Numbered from the stretch's first letter, positions 25,431 through 40,874 are shown. The stretch is DNA of 64,000 bases from Eledone cirrhosa (GCA_964016885.1 OZ024746.1:35898001-35962000), one strand, 5' to 3'. Numbers and translations: made by a program. Notes: generated by a model not told the origin, from the letters alone.

Positions 25431-28400
25431 CAGTATCAGTTGTAGTGGTAATGATTGTAGTAGTTATTTTGGCAGTAGAAATGGTTTCATCATTAACTAC
25501 AGATGATTTAAAGGAAGAAAACATTAATATGATGACGATGATAATGATGAGGATAATATTAATAATAATGGCATTGAAAGAAAAGGCCTAAAAGTAGTAA
25601 TTGAGGAACTCAAGCAAACTATCAGTAGAATCTCTACATATATAGAAATGCGTCTGGTAGATGATGATGTAACAAAAAAAAACTGAAATATATATGCAAA
25701 TCGAGATGACAAATAACGTGGTAAACGGTTAGGTGTTGAAGCATGTAAACGCCAGTTCTAAAAGAATAAGTGCTTCACACTGTGGCACCAATTCTGTTGT
25801 TAAACTACACAAAATTTAAGAAATATAATTATGTAGATCAGACAAACATCTATGCTAACAAACTAATGATTTTAGTGAGAGTATCGTAGAAATTAAATTA
25901 GCAGCTGATTGAGCGTTGGATTATATCGGAAATTAGGTTTATCTAAAACTTATGTTTATGAAGGCCAAATGGCGTACATATTCTCAGGAATTCCACAACG
26001 TATAATCAGATTTTTAGAAAATTCTGTAAAATACTGGATGTAAATTGATAATTTTTTTTTTTTTATGAGGAAGTGTATGTAGAAATGTTAAATAATCAGT
26101 TGCATGCTAGTTTCTTTGAATATACGAACATGGAATAAGACCATCATATGAATGCAATGGAAGTCTCAACTCACTCAATGTTGATTTCTATAGATACCGA
26201 TAACTCTATTACAATTACTGACCAATGCTAATGCAACTTCCATCAGTTTCATGTTTCATGTTTCTATTTTGTAGTTTGTATGGGATGGTTAAGTAATAAA
26301 ATAGCGTATTAGATTATTATATATATAGAAAATTAATTTTAACTAAAGAACATAGATGTAACGTTTTGCCTACTATCATTAAATGTTTGAATAAATATGC
26401 ACTACCGCGTCAAGCAGACGCTACTGCGCGAATGAAAGTATACACATACACAATTACATATGTACAGACATAACAAACATACATCACTACCTACATGCAT
26501 ACTTATTTACATACAATCGTTTGTACATACGAATATACACTTATCTGCGATTGACTGTCTATTTGTATTATACCGACATAATTTTATGTGTCTCTTAAAT
26601 ATTCCTTTACTTAGAGCTTGATATATCGACGGCAGAGTAACAAAAATAATGAAATATTAAATACAGTGAACTATACACGCTAATAAAACTAAATTGAAAA
26701 TGCTGAAAAAGTCACAGCTGCATCAGGCGGCAAAAGGCAAAGGCGAAACCTCTATGTCAAATACATATTTCGTGATAAAAAGTAGACCGTATTATTTTTA
26801 AAAGATATACGAAACAGAATTGTATATTTTCAAATTTATTTTCGTTTTAGCTAATGGAGCATATTTATGAAGAGAATCGAGTAGCATAGAATTAAATGGA
26901 ATTATTTAAATGAGTTATAGTTATACATAGGTGACTATTAACGGATGTAAATGCAATATTTTAAATTCAATATGGCGTTGAGAAAAGCAGATAGATAAAT
27001 GATAATGAGAAAACCAGACGACTATAAATACTGACAGAATATCGTAATAATTTGCAGACGATCATTCATATTGACAGACAATTATATGAATTTAGAAGAG
27101 GAAATATATCGAAAAGAATTTAAAACAAAGGAAGTAAAAGCGAAATGCAAAGTTGAAAGACACAATGAATTTTGTGATAAGAACACACAATGTTTTGTTT
27201 TTTAATAAATAAATCATAGTGAAAATAAATCCATCAGAAGAGAATAATAGAACTGCAGAAGAGTATGAAAACATCCAAAAATAATTGAGAGAATACGAAC
27301 CAGAAACAAATCTAGACGTGCTTCAGCAGTTAGATAAATATTCCCAGAAGTGGTTTGTTGTGTTATTTATTTGCATTGTATTGACATGCTCGAATACGAA
27401 AAACAGAAAACGGTTAGAAATATAAATTTATGAATAGCTTAGCACAGAGATCGAATAAATATACACAATATCTTTCTTTTCCATTTTCTTTTATTTAATT
27501 TTATTTACGATAGTGGCATCATATCTATTTAATATTTTGATATATGTATTAATATAAAACATATTGATGAAATATACTTGTGTAATAATAGTAATATTGG
27601 TTCTCTTTATGTCATAATGGGAACATACACACATTACAAAATGCACTATGCACATTGATTTACAAATTATGGTATACTCTATATCCGACCAGACCGAGAG
27701 TGTTGAATAAGCTGATTGCTATAGATGAAGGATCGATGCAACCAACACTCCCAATATACTTTCATACATCGTCTGTAAGCATTTCTGATCTATGCCTCTA
27801 CGCTGTGATCGTTCAACTTTTTATAGGTCAACATAAGTGTCCAAATAAAACATCTTACAAAAAATGGAGACATCATTTATTTTCTATTCAATTCCCATCT
27901 TATTGCATTCGTTCTCTAATAGATCAGCAATATTATTTCGCAGTATAATAAATTGAAATACTCCGTATGTATGGTGCATATATAAAAAAGGAATTCCATT
28001 ATTATGCTTTGTTTGCACCCATTATTATGCACAATCTCTTGTTCCACCTCCCTGTTACCAACATGTTAAAGCTTCAATCTAATCGATTGTACTGCCAGAC
28101 GATGGACGATTAAAAGCTGTGTACTATGCATCTGAGTGGTTCTTTTCCAGAGGGGAGATAATTAGTCGTAAGCAGTTTCACGTGCTGGGCGGCATTCATT
28201 CAAATGATTTCTGAAATAATCTTCTACGTGATGCCCTGAATAAGCTTGGAACTTTGTGAGCAAAGCAATGAATATGTTATCTGCTACATCATATTGTTGA
28301 AGTGCATCTGTTGTTACTCATTGGTCAGGTAGATTCCTCTTAACCCTTACTCGGAGATGAGTATCATAAAATATCATTTAAATATGTTACGTATTTCACG

Positions 28401-28559
28401 ATGTTACGTATTTCACGATGGATAAACATGTAGCTGTTGGGGCTAACCAGGACAGTAATGACATAATAGACACGATTTGAGTATAACAGAAGGAAATATT
28501 TACAGCTTAGACCTAGCTGAACGAAATCTATTTTGAATCCCTATACTCAAATGCATTTT

Positions 28560-28720
28560 AGCAATTATCTAGTACATTACTGGTACTTTCTTTTATTGAC
28601 CCCGTAAGGATGACAGACAAAGTTAACCTCGGCGGAATTTGAACTCAGATCGTAAAGGGCCGTAACTCTATGCCTCAAAGCATGGCGTCCGGCCCTCTAC
28701 CGATACTGCCAATCCCACCC
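28560..28720 (-). mobile_element. SINE family A
   Basis: Consensus match. Confidence 0.88.
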
Positions 28721-29519
28721 TCCTGTTCATCAGAAATAATGAATGTATGAAATACGTTCTAACTATTGTAGAAAGTGTTGTGTGATATGAACGATGTTTC
28801 GTAGCTATTTCAAATGAAATACCCGCTTAGTTTCTCATTTTGCAGTCAATGTTGTTACTGTTTATTCTTTCCAGAAAGGAAATATGTGAAGTTATATGAT
28901 TGAAGATGCCTCCTGCATTGCATATTTCATCATTTCTTGATAGACACTATGTATTTCCAGGTATATATTCTCTAGGACGTCAAATCTAAACGTCATAATC
29001 CATTTTGTGGTTATTCAAAATACTGTATGAACACTATGTGTGTTACGGGAATATATGAGACTGTTGAATTGAAAGAATAGAGTACATAAAAGTAACTAGG
29101 GAAATAAATAAGGAAAATAGAAAATTATTAGTGACAAAATATAACAGCAATTTTTTATACTCTCATGGAAACATTTCAGAATTATAATTATCATTGCTGT
29201 TAAATTTATATATACATGTATGTCTCCAAGAACTTTATAGTATTTGAATATCGTAAATTCATTTCAAAGATATTTGAAGGGTGACAAGAGATATAAGTTG
29301 AGTAAATAAATTGCATTGTGTATCAGATAAATGTGTATTTGAATGAGCAGAAATTACATTTGCGCCAAAGTTGATGTGGGGATGCATTGAACATTGTAAT
29401 CCTATTACACATACACACACAAACATTCACGCATACTTTTATATATATATATATTCAAATATCTGCTTATATATTTATACTTATACGGAGAATTGTATAT
29501 ATATACATATATATATATA

Positions 29520-29605
<86 letters not shown>

Positions 29606-29899
29606 TTCATGTGACAGGGTGTGTGTAGATATGCGGGAATACTTACACAGACACGCACGTACAAACACACACACACTCATATATGTATGTACGCATGTAT
29701 GTGTACGAGTACGTGGAAGTATGCATGCATACGTACACGAGTTCCAATATGCATTTCATGATAGCGTATATGTGGGCGATGATTAAATAACACTATCACG
29801 TAAGATGAACGTTCTGGAATGTTTCGATGTAAACTTTGCAATTAAAATATCTACAATTTACGAAGATCTTTCCTCAAATGTTCACAGCGATATATATGA

Positions 29900-29983
<84 letters not shown>

Positions 29984-30052
29984 TATATATATTCATATAT
30001 AAATATATATATATATATATAAATATATATATACATATATATCTATATATAT

Positions 30053-30150
<98 letters not shown>

Positions 30151-30154
30151 AATA

Positions 30155-30565
30155 TAAGTATGTACACGTACATACATATATGTATACAGACTTACAGTAG
30201 TATCTATATTTATATACATACATGCACACATATATATATATATATATATGTACGTATGGATTCACCGAACATTTATTATAATGCTTGGTGTGTTTGTAAA
30301 CAAACATCCCGTATTAAGCCGTAGTGTCCAGCAACCATCGTTGCTCGTTTGTTCAACACTGACAAAAGAACGCTGTACAGGTTTCAAGGTTATTAGCTAT
30401 TGTCAGCAACGTATACCTTCCTGACAGATTGTTGAACGTATATACTTACCTTATGCATATTAACAGCTGAGAAGCCTGATTTGCATATCGAGTGGGTCAA
30501 TCGGCCGGATGCTCCGAAAACGATAAACGGAAAAAATGAAACGAAATTCCATTTCCCACTCTTAG
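30155..30565 (-). mobile_element. Second copy of the 13252-13740 family, in (TA)n
   Basis: Collinear similarity including the hammerhead and the TA-degenerate tail. Confidence 0.7.
30370..30412 (-). ncRNA. Decayed homologue of the 13463 hammerhead
   Basis: cgttg-CTGACAA-tagct aata acctt-GAAA-cctgta-cagcg; G8 changed, stems mismatched. Confidence 0.5.
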
Positions 30566-30581
30566 TATATATATATATATA

Positions 30582-30625
<44 letters not shown>

Positions 30626-31084
30626 TATATACATATATCATATATATCGCTATAAACATTTGAGGAAAGATCTTCGTAAATTTTAGATATTGTAATTACA
30701 AAGTTTACATCGAAAAATTCCAGAAACTTCCTCTTACGTAATAGTGATATTTAATCATCGCCCACATATACGCTTATCATGAAATGTATATTAGAACTCG
30801 TGTACGTATGCATGTATACTTCCACGAACTCGTACACATACCTGTGTACATACATATATGTGTGTGTGTATACATGCAGTTACAATTAGGTGTGTGTGTG
30901 TTTTTAAGTGGTTATTCAGTGTACCAATATTTCCCTATTAGATATTTTTGAAATTGAAGAAATGTATATAGGAAACATGACGACGAAGTCGTCGAGATTG
31001 TAGTATACCTTTTTCCATTCCGTTATTGTTACCATTTATGTTACTGAAATAACATCTGACTCTATTTTCTATTAATTCACGTAT

Positions 31085-31092
31085 ACTACTAT

Positions 31093-31145
<53 letters not shown>

Positions 31146-31148
31146 TTA

Positions 31149-31199
<51 letters not shown>

Positions 31200-31223
31200 T
31201 TGCTGATGCTACTACTACTACTG

Positions 31224-31266
<43 letters not shown>
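31085..31266. repeat. (CTA)n/(CTG)n trinucleotide tract, one of dozens of simple repeats
   Basis: Seen directly; (TA)n, (CA)n and (GA)n tracts occur throughout. Confidence 0.95.
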
Positions 31267-31560
31267 GCAAAGACACGCACATGCAAACACACACACATAC
31301 AGGCACACAACACACACACACACGCACACACACACAAGCACACATACACACATATATATATATATATCAATATATATATATATGCAAAAGTTCTATTTTA
31401 ATTGTTGGGATACAACAAGCAAATATTTTTATAACTGATATAAAGCACTCAACAAATATTTGGAGTAAACATACGATATTAACAAATGGAAACTATATTT
31501 ATAAAACGATATTTATTTTATTATACATATTTCAAGGACACCACGTTAAATTATGGTGTG

Positions 31561-31590
<30 letters not shown>

Positions 31591-31595
<5 letters not shown>

Positions 31596-32078
31596 ATAAT
31601 AATAAAATTCAAGACTAATATCCAAAGAGGGCTCGATAAGGATAAATATATATCAAATATATAAGAACCGTAGAGCAAATATTTACGTGGTTTTGTCTTT
31701 GCGTGCTATTGTTCTCCAGGCACCACATATGACTTATTATCTTCCTTTTTTCGTTCATTGCCAGAGAACGTCTCTATGCACCACCTAAGAGAACATTTGT
31801 CTACGACCTCTTTTATACCATAAACGTGGTTCTGTCTTTGCGTGTAATTGTTTTTCACCGCTCCTATTAATGACGTATTATTCGTTTTTCCCCGTTCTTT
31901 GCCAGCGAACGTTTCCACGAACCAAAGTATCGTCTTCCTGTCTTTCTCCGGTTGCAACGTTTTTTTTAAATATCCAGTTCTGCGTTTACAGATTGACTTT
32001 GTTAGTTTCAGAAGATACCGTTAAGGGTGAAAGCAGCGATTCTTTGCTTAAACTGTAATCTGTTATTTTAATAAATAA
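31591..32078. mobile_element. Short rearranged copy of the 13752-18047 PLE 3' end
   Basis: 31591-31685 matches 13752-13845; 31682-32075 matches 17657-18047 in the opposite orientation; hammerhead at 32004-32054. Confidence 0.88.
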
Positions 32079-32549
32079 ATAAATAAATATATATATATAT
32101 ATATATATATACATGTGAAAGAATGTATCAATACATGTATGTATAATGTGTTCGTGTGTCCGAAGCAACATATTTGTATATATGTGTTGTAGTGCGGTGC
32201 AGGTCAACGTATGAAGAGTATGTTATAGGAACTGAGAAGTTGAATCTACAATAAAATAAAATACAATACGCTTTGTGGTGTATTCAGTTGTTGAATTATA
32301 AATGCGTGAGACTTAATGTTAGAATGAGACTTAATGTGAGAATTACAAGTAAGACTAGAGTTAGAGTTAAAATTAGGATTAGGTTTGACGTTAGAATAGT
32401 TGCCGTGAACAGTCGTGTGTTTACAGACTATGGACCTTTTTGCATGCTTAATATAGGTCATTTGATAGTGAGCACTTTCGCATTATAATCCTTTAACACA
32501 CTAGATTGCTTCTTGTTTGGCAAATTCGTTACCCACCGAAGTATGAATT

Positions 32550-32880
32550 TAAGGGTTTCTGTATCTCCTGGTCTCTTTGACGGTTTAGCATAGGCAGCCA
32601 CTACCTAACAAGATGTGGATCCGGTATTCTTACATCTACCGTATTTCTTTGGACCACAGGTATTCTTGTGTTTATGCTCTTTCTACATATTACTTTGTGC
32701 TGAAACACTGCGTTCGTAGGCGTAATATTTTGAAAATATTCTGGTATTCTGTTATACAGTTGGCATTTCATTGAGCTGGTGTATTTGGCACCGCACACGC
32801 AGTACCTCCCATACACTACATGATCTCTCAACGACATTAAACTTGCATTCTTGTAGAGTATTGTCTTTTACAGGTCATCT
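32550..32880 (-). mobile_element. Decayed PLE GIY-YIG fragment
   Basis: HVVYGRYCVCGAKYTSSMKCQLYNRIPEY...AVFQH...PMLNRQ resembles VVY.F.C.C...YIG.T...L..RI.EH...P.LNR. Confidence 0.55.
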
Positions 32881-32966
32881 CCGAAGACAGTAACATAATA
32901 TTTATACATTACATTTTACTTCCAATGTTCCATTATTTTTGTTACTAATCATCCTAAATATGCTGG

Positions 32967-33014
<48 letters not shown>

Positions 33015-34069
33015 GGATAGTATATTCTGAATTATATACATGTACATAAGCATACATTTATATGTCTACAGGTGTTTGTTTATATTTGGCTTGTGTACCT
33101 GTACATATGCATACTTGTGTATGTCTAAACATCTGTTTATTTCCTCATTACAAGTCAAATGTTTGAAATGTTGGACATATTCTCAGAATTGCGTATGTAC
33201 GCACAATTGTGTGCGTGAGTGTCTCAGTGTGTGTGTATGAATGCAGTATGATCGAATGATTAAGATGTTCGATTTGCAATTACTAGGGGCCTGGTTCGCT
33301 TTCATCACATGAATACTCGGGACTTGTTATTTACCAAAACCTTATGTCAACCCATTTAATTCTGGGTGAAATTAGGTAGTCCGATCTCTTTGCTAGACAC
33401 TTTCAAGGCCTGTACATGTAATTAGAAGGACCATTCATTTCACATAGGCATATACATGTACACAATAAATTTAAAACATACCTTTAATTATATATTTTCT
33501 TATGTATTAATGCATTAGTCTCAGGTCTTTGCTATACCACCCATCTACCTTTGGTGCGACTTTCCTGTCTACAGACTCTCTTCCATTATCAAGCAGCGAC
33601 TCTCCATTACTCTTCCTTATTTCCAATCATATCTATAATGACCCGTTCTGTGTTTTCTTACCGCTCGTTAGCTTCTTGGAACCCCTCTCTGTGTAGAATT
33701 TACTTTGGTTCTATATGGCATTAGACACTATATTCAGGGATTCCAAATTTTATCCAATAATCATTTAATCATCATGGTCATGTCTTATATAGTAGGTACT
33801 TATTTTAGATCTGAACACTAACAGTCCTATACTTCTTGGAAGGCCTGTCTAGGTTAAAATAAGCATAAAAAACTAATGAAATGACACGATACATGTATCA
33901 TACAAGGAAAAACTGTGTAAATAATCATAGTTGGTTTAGCTATATTTAATATCATAGGTGGGTCACATAGGGAATTAGTCTGACTGCAAGGGAAATTTCA
34001 ACTAAAGGCTGTTTGGGATTATCTGTTAACGGAAATTCAGTTTACAATGAAGTTAACCTAAGTAATATC

Positions 34070-34156
<87 letters not shown>

Positions 34157-34183
34157 GGGAGTGTAACTTGGAGTTACTGCAGG

Positions 34184-34306
<123 letters not shown>

Positions 34307-34844
34307 GGGTGGGGGGGAGAAAAGGGGAAAGAGATAGAGGAAGAGAGAGATCCCAAATCAAACAAACTATCGGAGCGTTGAGGTGATGGAATTTCAAATG
34401 AAATATAGTATATCACTCTCTCTCCATATATACAAAAACTAAAATGAAGATATACCCTAGTGTAAGGGCTGATATGGAAAATGCGTCTTAATCAGAAATA
34501 TAATGAGAAATAAAATAGAACGTGGATTTATTATTTTGTAGAAGAACAAAACACAGAAGCCAATAGAGAACCCATCATATCATGGCCACAAATTCAACAC
34601 TCTTACCACTAGGCCACGTGCATCTGCTTACAACTGCATAGCAATTCAGTTCGATGATGTTTCAGTTGTAAACATATATATAATCAAGAGATATCTCTTT
34701 ATTTTGCAAATATACATCAAATTACTCAGACATCGAATATTTGAAAATGTTCAGTCTTCAATGAGCATAACAACCAATATTAAGCGCTATATGTATGCAA
34801 CATTAGTACGATGCCTTATTATAATATATATATATATATATATA

Positions 34845-35722
34845 AATGAAAGATGGCGTGCTGTGTTGTTGAAAATGTGATATGCAAATTATATGTCATA
34901 TGCAAATATGAAGAATTAGAAATATGACTATCCATTATCTATCCATCATAGGTATTTCTTCGCATTAAAGACCAGATATCTCAGGCTAGCGCGAACAATA
35001 ACTAAAATAAGTTATTGGGATAAAACGAATTGGGTGGAGAAAGAGAGACAGGTAAGCACACATGAATGGTGAGGCAACGTAAAGAGGGGAAAAATTAGAA
35101 AATCAGGTCAATGATTCATTTGAACATTGCGAATATTGACGAGAAGACAAGAGACACATCCCAACCGTGCGAAAGTAAACGAGGAAAGAATTACGCACGG
35201 TGTGGGACGATTGAGGAAATGAGAGAGAGGGTGAGTAGCAGAGAGTGAGTGAGTGAAAGTGTGAGGAAGAGGCTAGCCGAGATAGGGTGACTAGCTGAGG
35301 TGGTGAATGAAAGTAGGAGGGAGAATGCGAGAGAAGGGGGAGAGTGAAAGAGGATAGCAGGAAAGGAAGAGGAAAATACAGGTCACATCGAAGGGGAAAG
35401 CCTATATGAATGAAAAATAACTTGCTATGTTGTTGCAAATGTGAAATACAAAATAAATGAAGAATTAGAAATAGGACTATCCATTATGAGTGATCTACTA
35501 GCCATCATAGGTATTTCTTCGCTTTTCCTCTCTTTACGTTGCCTCATCATCATTCATATTTGTTTACCTGTCTCTCTTTCTCTACCCAATTCTTTTTATC
35601 CCAATAATTTATTTTAGTTATTGTTCGCACTAGCCTGAGGTATCTGGTCTTTAATGCGAAGAAATACCTATGATGGCTAGTAGATCACTGATGATGGATA
35701 GTCCTATTCATAATACTTCATT
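34845..35722 (-). mobile_element. Old non-coding PLE-type end with direct and inverted pseudo-LTR copies
   Basis: 34860-34963 recurs directly at 35423-35522; 34905-35093 recurs inverted at 35523-35722; possible decayed HHR actagc-CTGAGGT...GAAA...gctagt; (TA)n flanks. Confidence 0.6.
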
Positions 35723-35754
35723 TTAATATGTATATATATATATATATATATATA

Positions 35755-35941
35755 GCGAAGGAAAAGTGGTAAGGAACCAGGTGGACCATAACGCACCAAA
35801 GAACTCAATACTTAGGGTAGTAGAGTGGGTAATAGAAGTAAGTAAGACCCCGACGGCTGAGCTCAAGCCGTTTCGACGGCTAATTCAGTACAGAATTAGC
35901 CGTCGAAACGGCTTGAGCTCAGCCGTCGGGGTCTTACTTAC

Positions 35942-35947
<6 letters not shown>
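35755..35947 (-). mobile_element. Palindromic insert in (TA)n, 55-bp perfect arms, about 77-bp tail
   Basis: Arms 35832-35886 and 35893-35947; contains GAAAC-GGCT...AGCC-GTC. Confidence 0.85.
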
Positions 35948-35972
<25 letters not shown>

Positions 35973-35977
<5 letters not shown>

Positions 35978-36079
35978 GTTTCTACTTTAGGCACAAGGCC
36001 AGCAATTACCAGTGAATTACTGGTACTTTATTTTATCGACCCCATAAGGATGAAAGGCAAAGTTAACCTCGGCGGGATT
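35973..36079 (-). mobile_element. SINE family A, 5'-truncated
   Basis: Core and tail. Confidence 0.88.
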
Positions 36080-36092
36080 GTAGATATACATC

Positions 36093-36154
<62 letters not shown>

Positions 36155-36159
36155 AATAC

Positions 36160-36252
<93 letters not shown>

Positions 36253-37509
36253 TATATACATATAGGTATGTATATATATTAAAGCATACATTCTCATTTT
36301 ATAAATTGCATCTATTATTTCAGTTTCATGCATTGTGCTCTTTCAAAATTTATTTTGTTTTTGCTGCTGTTGTTATTCTTTTTACAATAAAGAAATCATT
36401 ATTATTGAATAAAGAAAGCATTAATCCAATAAATTAATGTTTTGTATGCACCATCACGTAAACATGCTCTATTCTCTTCTTCTTATTTCATTTTTCACTC
36501 TCTCACTATTCATCTCTCGTTTTCCTCTATCTCTTTCTCTTTCTCTTTCACACTCTCTCCGTCTTTGCCTCACACTTGCTCTCATTCGATTATGCAAATA
36601 GTCTCTTATGCTATTGCTGATATTGTATATTCATATTTCATGGATTTTGTTCGTTTTATTCTCTCTGCAATTTAAGTACCGTCTTATTATTAACTTTGTT
36701 TTTACATTCTTATTCTCTGAGACATTTTTATAATACCATATGATATCTAATTTCTGTTCGGTTTACGTGGGCAATTAATTTATATTTTCAGGGGAAAGAC
36801 AGGCAAATTTAAAACAAATCTTCGGTTGAAAATAGCAAGTTCATAATACTTTAAGTTTACTGAAGCGTCATGTTAGCAAATAAAAACACACAGCTGTACA
36901 TTATATAGCTTATGTTGTTAGCCCAGTAGGTCCTGTGTTCAAACATAGAAAAGACAAATATTCATTAACACATCCGTTGCTAACCACAGCAAAGCCGCTG
37001 TTGTAACCATATTTAATCGAGATTTCAAACGATTAAAATAAATTCAAGATTAGTAAAATTTCTTGCAGTATGGATTAAAATGAAGAAAGGCAGAGTTGAT
37101 TTTGGAAGTTAGGTGTTATCCATCTTCATGGGTACCCCAAATAATAGTCACTGACTTGACGAAACATCAGATGGGCAGGTTCCCTACCATTACTAAATCG
37201 ACGACCAACGGACTTCGGATGGTCTTTATCTTCGTGAAGATGCGTTCTCGAGGTAGGATCTCCTCATAGGCACAGAGAGAGAGCGGTATTTTGTAGTTGC
37301 GAAATTCTTCGCTAACAATTCTTGTAGTATTCCACTCCGTATAGCACACCTAAATGCATTATTCGTTACATCGTATGGAAGGATTCCACATGCATAACTG
37401 CCTACAGTTGTCACAGAAGGAGCGAGTGGGGAATTAGTGATGGAGTGTGAAATTCATTATGCCGAATTACTAAGGCAAATAAAACAAATAAAAAACAGCC
37501 TGGATCTCT

Positions 37510-37640
37510 ATGCAGAACAAAAGATGAATGTCCTCTGTCACAAAAAAATAATGTGAGCTCGATCGAGTACGAATCTACCATGAAACCAGTTACAACCAGA
37601 TACAATCTGCTGCAGAGAACGATATATTGGTATCAAACAA
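37510..37640 (+). mobile_element. Naiad-like GIY-YIG remnant
   Basis: CRTKDECPLSQ...SIEY, then RYIGI in a shifted frame. Confidence 0.5.
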
Positions 37641-38102
37641 CAACTTGTATTAAAAAAATGGCCAGTTAAATACACACGCAAAAGTACAGAAATATACTGC
37701 ATATGCCTATTAAAAAATACCCTGAACCTTAATAAATAATAACTTTACTACAATACTCATTAAAATTATACACAGAAAGAATGCAACCAGACACATACAT
37801 ACGCGACATTTTAACGATTACAATTAGTATTACATAAAAAAATGTTAACATAAGAATTACTCCCTCTGCATAAGAAAAACAAACTTATAGTTGCAGTATT
37901 ATTACTAGCAGTATCGTAGTGCGTTGGAGACTATGCGTTGTGGCGTAGGGGTGTGACGTATCACGTTCTGAGTTGAAATCCCACCGACGTTAGCTTTGCA
38001 TTTCATCCTTATGAGGTCGATAAAACGAAGCGCCCATAATGCACTGGTGTCAATTTAATAAACTTTCTCTTCCCCTTCAAGTAAAGTAGAAACAATCGTT
38101 AC

Positions 38103-38233
38103 TTCCTTAGCATTTAAACAAATCTCATATATGAAATAACGATCGTTATTATCATATTGCCTGATACGCAACACTAGCAAATAAAACGTCTTTATGACAT
38201 ATGTTAGAGTAGGCTTTGAATCGTTAGGTAGCT
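38103..38233 (-). CDS. Internal exon (LPNDSKPTLTYVIKTFYLLVLRIRQYDNNDRYFIYEICLNAKE), phase 1 to 0
   Basis: Acceptor atttctctacag, donor GAA|GTAACG, 131 bp open; bridges the phases of its neighbours. Confidence 0.6.
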
Positions 38234-38282
38234 CTGTAGAGAAATTAATTATACTATACTTTAGCCCTGTACTTAATATTGG

Positions 38283-38349
<67 letters not shown>

Positions 38350-39477
38350 AAAAAACGGAAATAATGACTTCACTTGTAGTTCTAAACTATTTATATATAT
38401 ATACATTTATGATGTATCGCCAATGTGGATGAAAAGAAGTGATGTATATATATTATTTTAATCCAACTGTGAGGAAATGTAAAATAATATAACTTCTTTC
38501 TGCAAACTACCAAGATAAATCCCAACTAGGTGATATCATTTTTACTTATTTGTCGAATTTTCCTGTTACGTATTTAAAATTTGACTGGCAGTACATTAAT
38601 GATATTCTATTGAATACATTTCGGTGGATGGTACCGGAGGTAAAAATGTGCTTTGAGTTGAAAAATTCATTTCAAAGAGAAAGCTTACTAAAGCTTTACT
38701 AATCAGACAGAAGTTGGAAGTTTGGTATTATGATTATGTACGCATACTATTTGTTCCGAAAGGCCAATTAGAGAGGAATTTGTACATATTAGCGTCAAAC
38801 CCACATTCGTCTTGATGTCAATATATTATGTTTCTATTCCAGCAATATCCAAAGTAAAATGTCAATTAGTAGGATATCCATCGTTGGCAGCATGAAAGTG
38901 AGTTACAAGGATTTCGAAGCATGGTTTTACTTTCTAAATTCGGATTTGAATATGACATGAAACGTGACTATATTTCTTTCGTAATACTTCAAATTCTCAG
39001 GAAATGGATTTATTCAAATCACAGTTAGTGAAAGTGATCATTTTTTCCTCTCATAGCAGATCATTTTAATTGAGTGCTACGATATCCTAAAAGATTTACT
39101 CTCACTAGAAGAAATATGTAATGACTGTTTTCTGAATATCAAATCAAATATATATTTGAGGTTGTCTACTTATTCATGAAAACAATATTTATTTCAAAAG
39201 AAGTAAATGACTAATTCAAAATGCTACTAGTGTCTCACATTATACCATAGATTCTATATAATTTACATTTCATCACCAGTATAATGAACCCGGTTTAATC
39301 TGTTCTTTCTGCCAGCATGAGTTAGGCGTCTCAACAGGTAATCATGCGACGCTAGCAATCTCTCAGATGTGTTTGGATAGAGTTTCATCAGACTTACATA
39401 CGCACACAGACGAAGATAAATGCACACATATATAACTTAATGCATATTTTGTTCCATTACTGTTCTAGGTTTTTACC

Positions 39478-39615
39478 GGTGGATTGGCAGTATCGGTAGA
39501 GGGTCGGACGCCATGCCAAGGTTGACTTTGCCTTTCATCCTTACGGGGTCGATAAAATAAAGTATCAGTAATGCACTGAATTATTGCTGGCCTTGTGCCT
39601 AAAGTAAAAACAATT
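39478..39615 (+). mobile_element. SINE family A, B box deleted, with TSD
   Basis: Head joined directly to core; tgttctaggtttt on both sides. Confidence 0.88.
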
Positions 39616-40308
39616 ATTGTTCTAGGTTTTATTAACATACCACACGCACAATTAATAAGTTACTTTATAATGAACGGGTAAAGTTATGTGTCCAGGGCAA
39701 TCTACCATCGCTGAAACACAGGAGTTTTGGAATCCCACATAGTTATATATGAAGGAAAGAAGAGGTTGCTGACCGAACTTTTAAGAAATAAATAAAAAGA
39801 TTGTCCAGCCGAAGCGATGACAATGTCGTCTAGGATTTCCATCATAGACAAAATCGCTACCAGTGTAAATAAAAGATTAGTTAATTCCATGCGAATTTTA
39901 TAGCTGTACCTATTTTTTTTCTTGTATCCCGTCTGTCACTTTCATAATGTTTATGTGTTTTGCACAGTGTCTCTTTATAGAATGCATATAAAACATTTAT
40001 CTAGCGTTATTCTCTGGGCGTTGCGGTTAAGAATGAGCATGTGTGTTACGTGATAACATTTAGATAGTGCACCTTCTCTTGAATCTGTGCTATGGGACGC
40101 AAGAACCTGTATTCGTTTTAGGTTACATATTCCTTTTAGGGCATCGCTGACTGCTATTATTCCTATCCTTGACATAGAGCAGATGGTAGCTTGTTTTAAT
40201 ACTTATTTTGAGATTGATCGTTCAGCTTTGCTCTCGATCTACTTTATTTTAGTCAAATAGTATCAATGTATTTTCAATGTATATTATCATCATTATTATT
40301 GTTTTCTA

Positions 40309-40420
40309 TGAGTTCAAATCCTGCCGAGGTTGATTTGCCTCTCATCCTTACTGGGTCGATAAAATAAAGTACCAGTAATGCATTGGGTAATTTCTGGCCT
40401 TGTGCCTAAAGAAGAAACAA
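40309..40420 (+). mobile_element. SINE family A, 5'-truncated, TSD attattattgttttcta
   Basis: B box, core, tail, direct repeat. Confidence 0.88.
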
Positions 40421-40874
40421 TTATTATTGTTTTCTAAAGGGCGGTGGATTTTCTATAAATCGTACAGAAACAACATCTCTCCAGTTTTTAATACCTCCCC
40501 CCCCCCTCTCACACTCTCACATAAACACCTGGGGGGAAAAATCGAACGAAAATAAACTGTATTTGCAGACAGAAAATTTAAACTGTATCAATACATCTGC
40601 GGAACAAACTAATGTTATTCTCTCAAAGCATGACGTAATTTTGAAAAATAACCGCAATTCAAATGATATTAATAAGAAGTATAACGTGAATTAGTATATT
40701 GATGTCTAACTTTTGCCACACAAAAGAAAAGGAGTATATTTCAAATACAAAAGCAGTGATAGAATTGAATTCCAATCCTTATTTTATTTACTGGGGCTGT
40801 CTCAGAAACAGGCACTTGTATGGATTACCGGTGACAAATGTGCTTGCATAGGTGAGCAGTAAATAAAAACCTAC

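Larger units (their letters stand above)
29668..30869. repeat. Inverted duplication of about 240 bp (29668-29910, 30625-30869)
   Basis: Diverged reverse-complement arms around (TA)n and the 30155 element. Confidence 0.9.

Noticed and set aside
32305-32400. Telomere-like TTAG repeats
   Set aside because: Short and degenerate, next to a PLE remnant; not a telomeric array.
39702-39890. Signal-peptide-like ORF MELTNLLFTLVAIL
   Set aside because: No adequate splice sites or other support.
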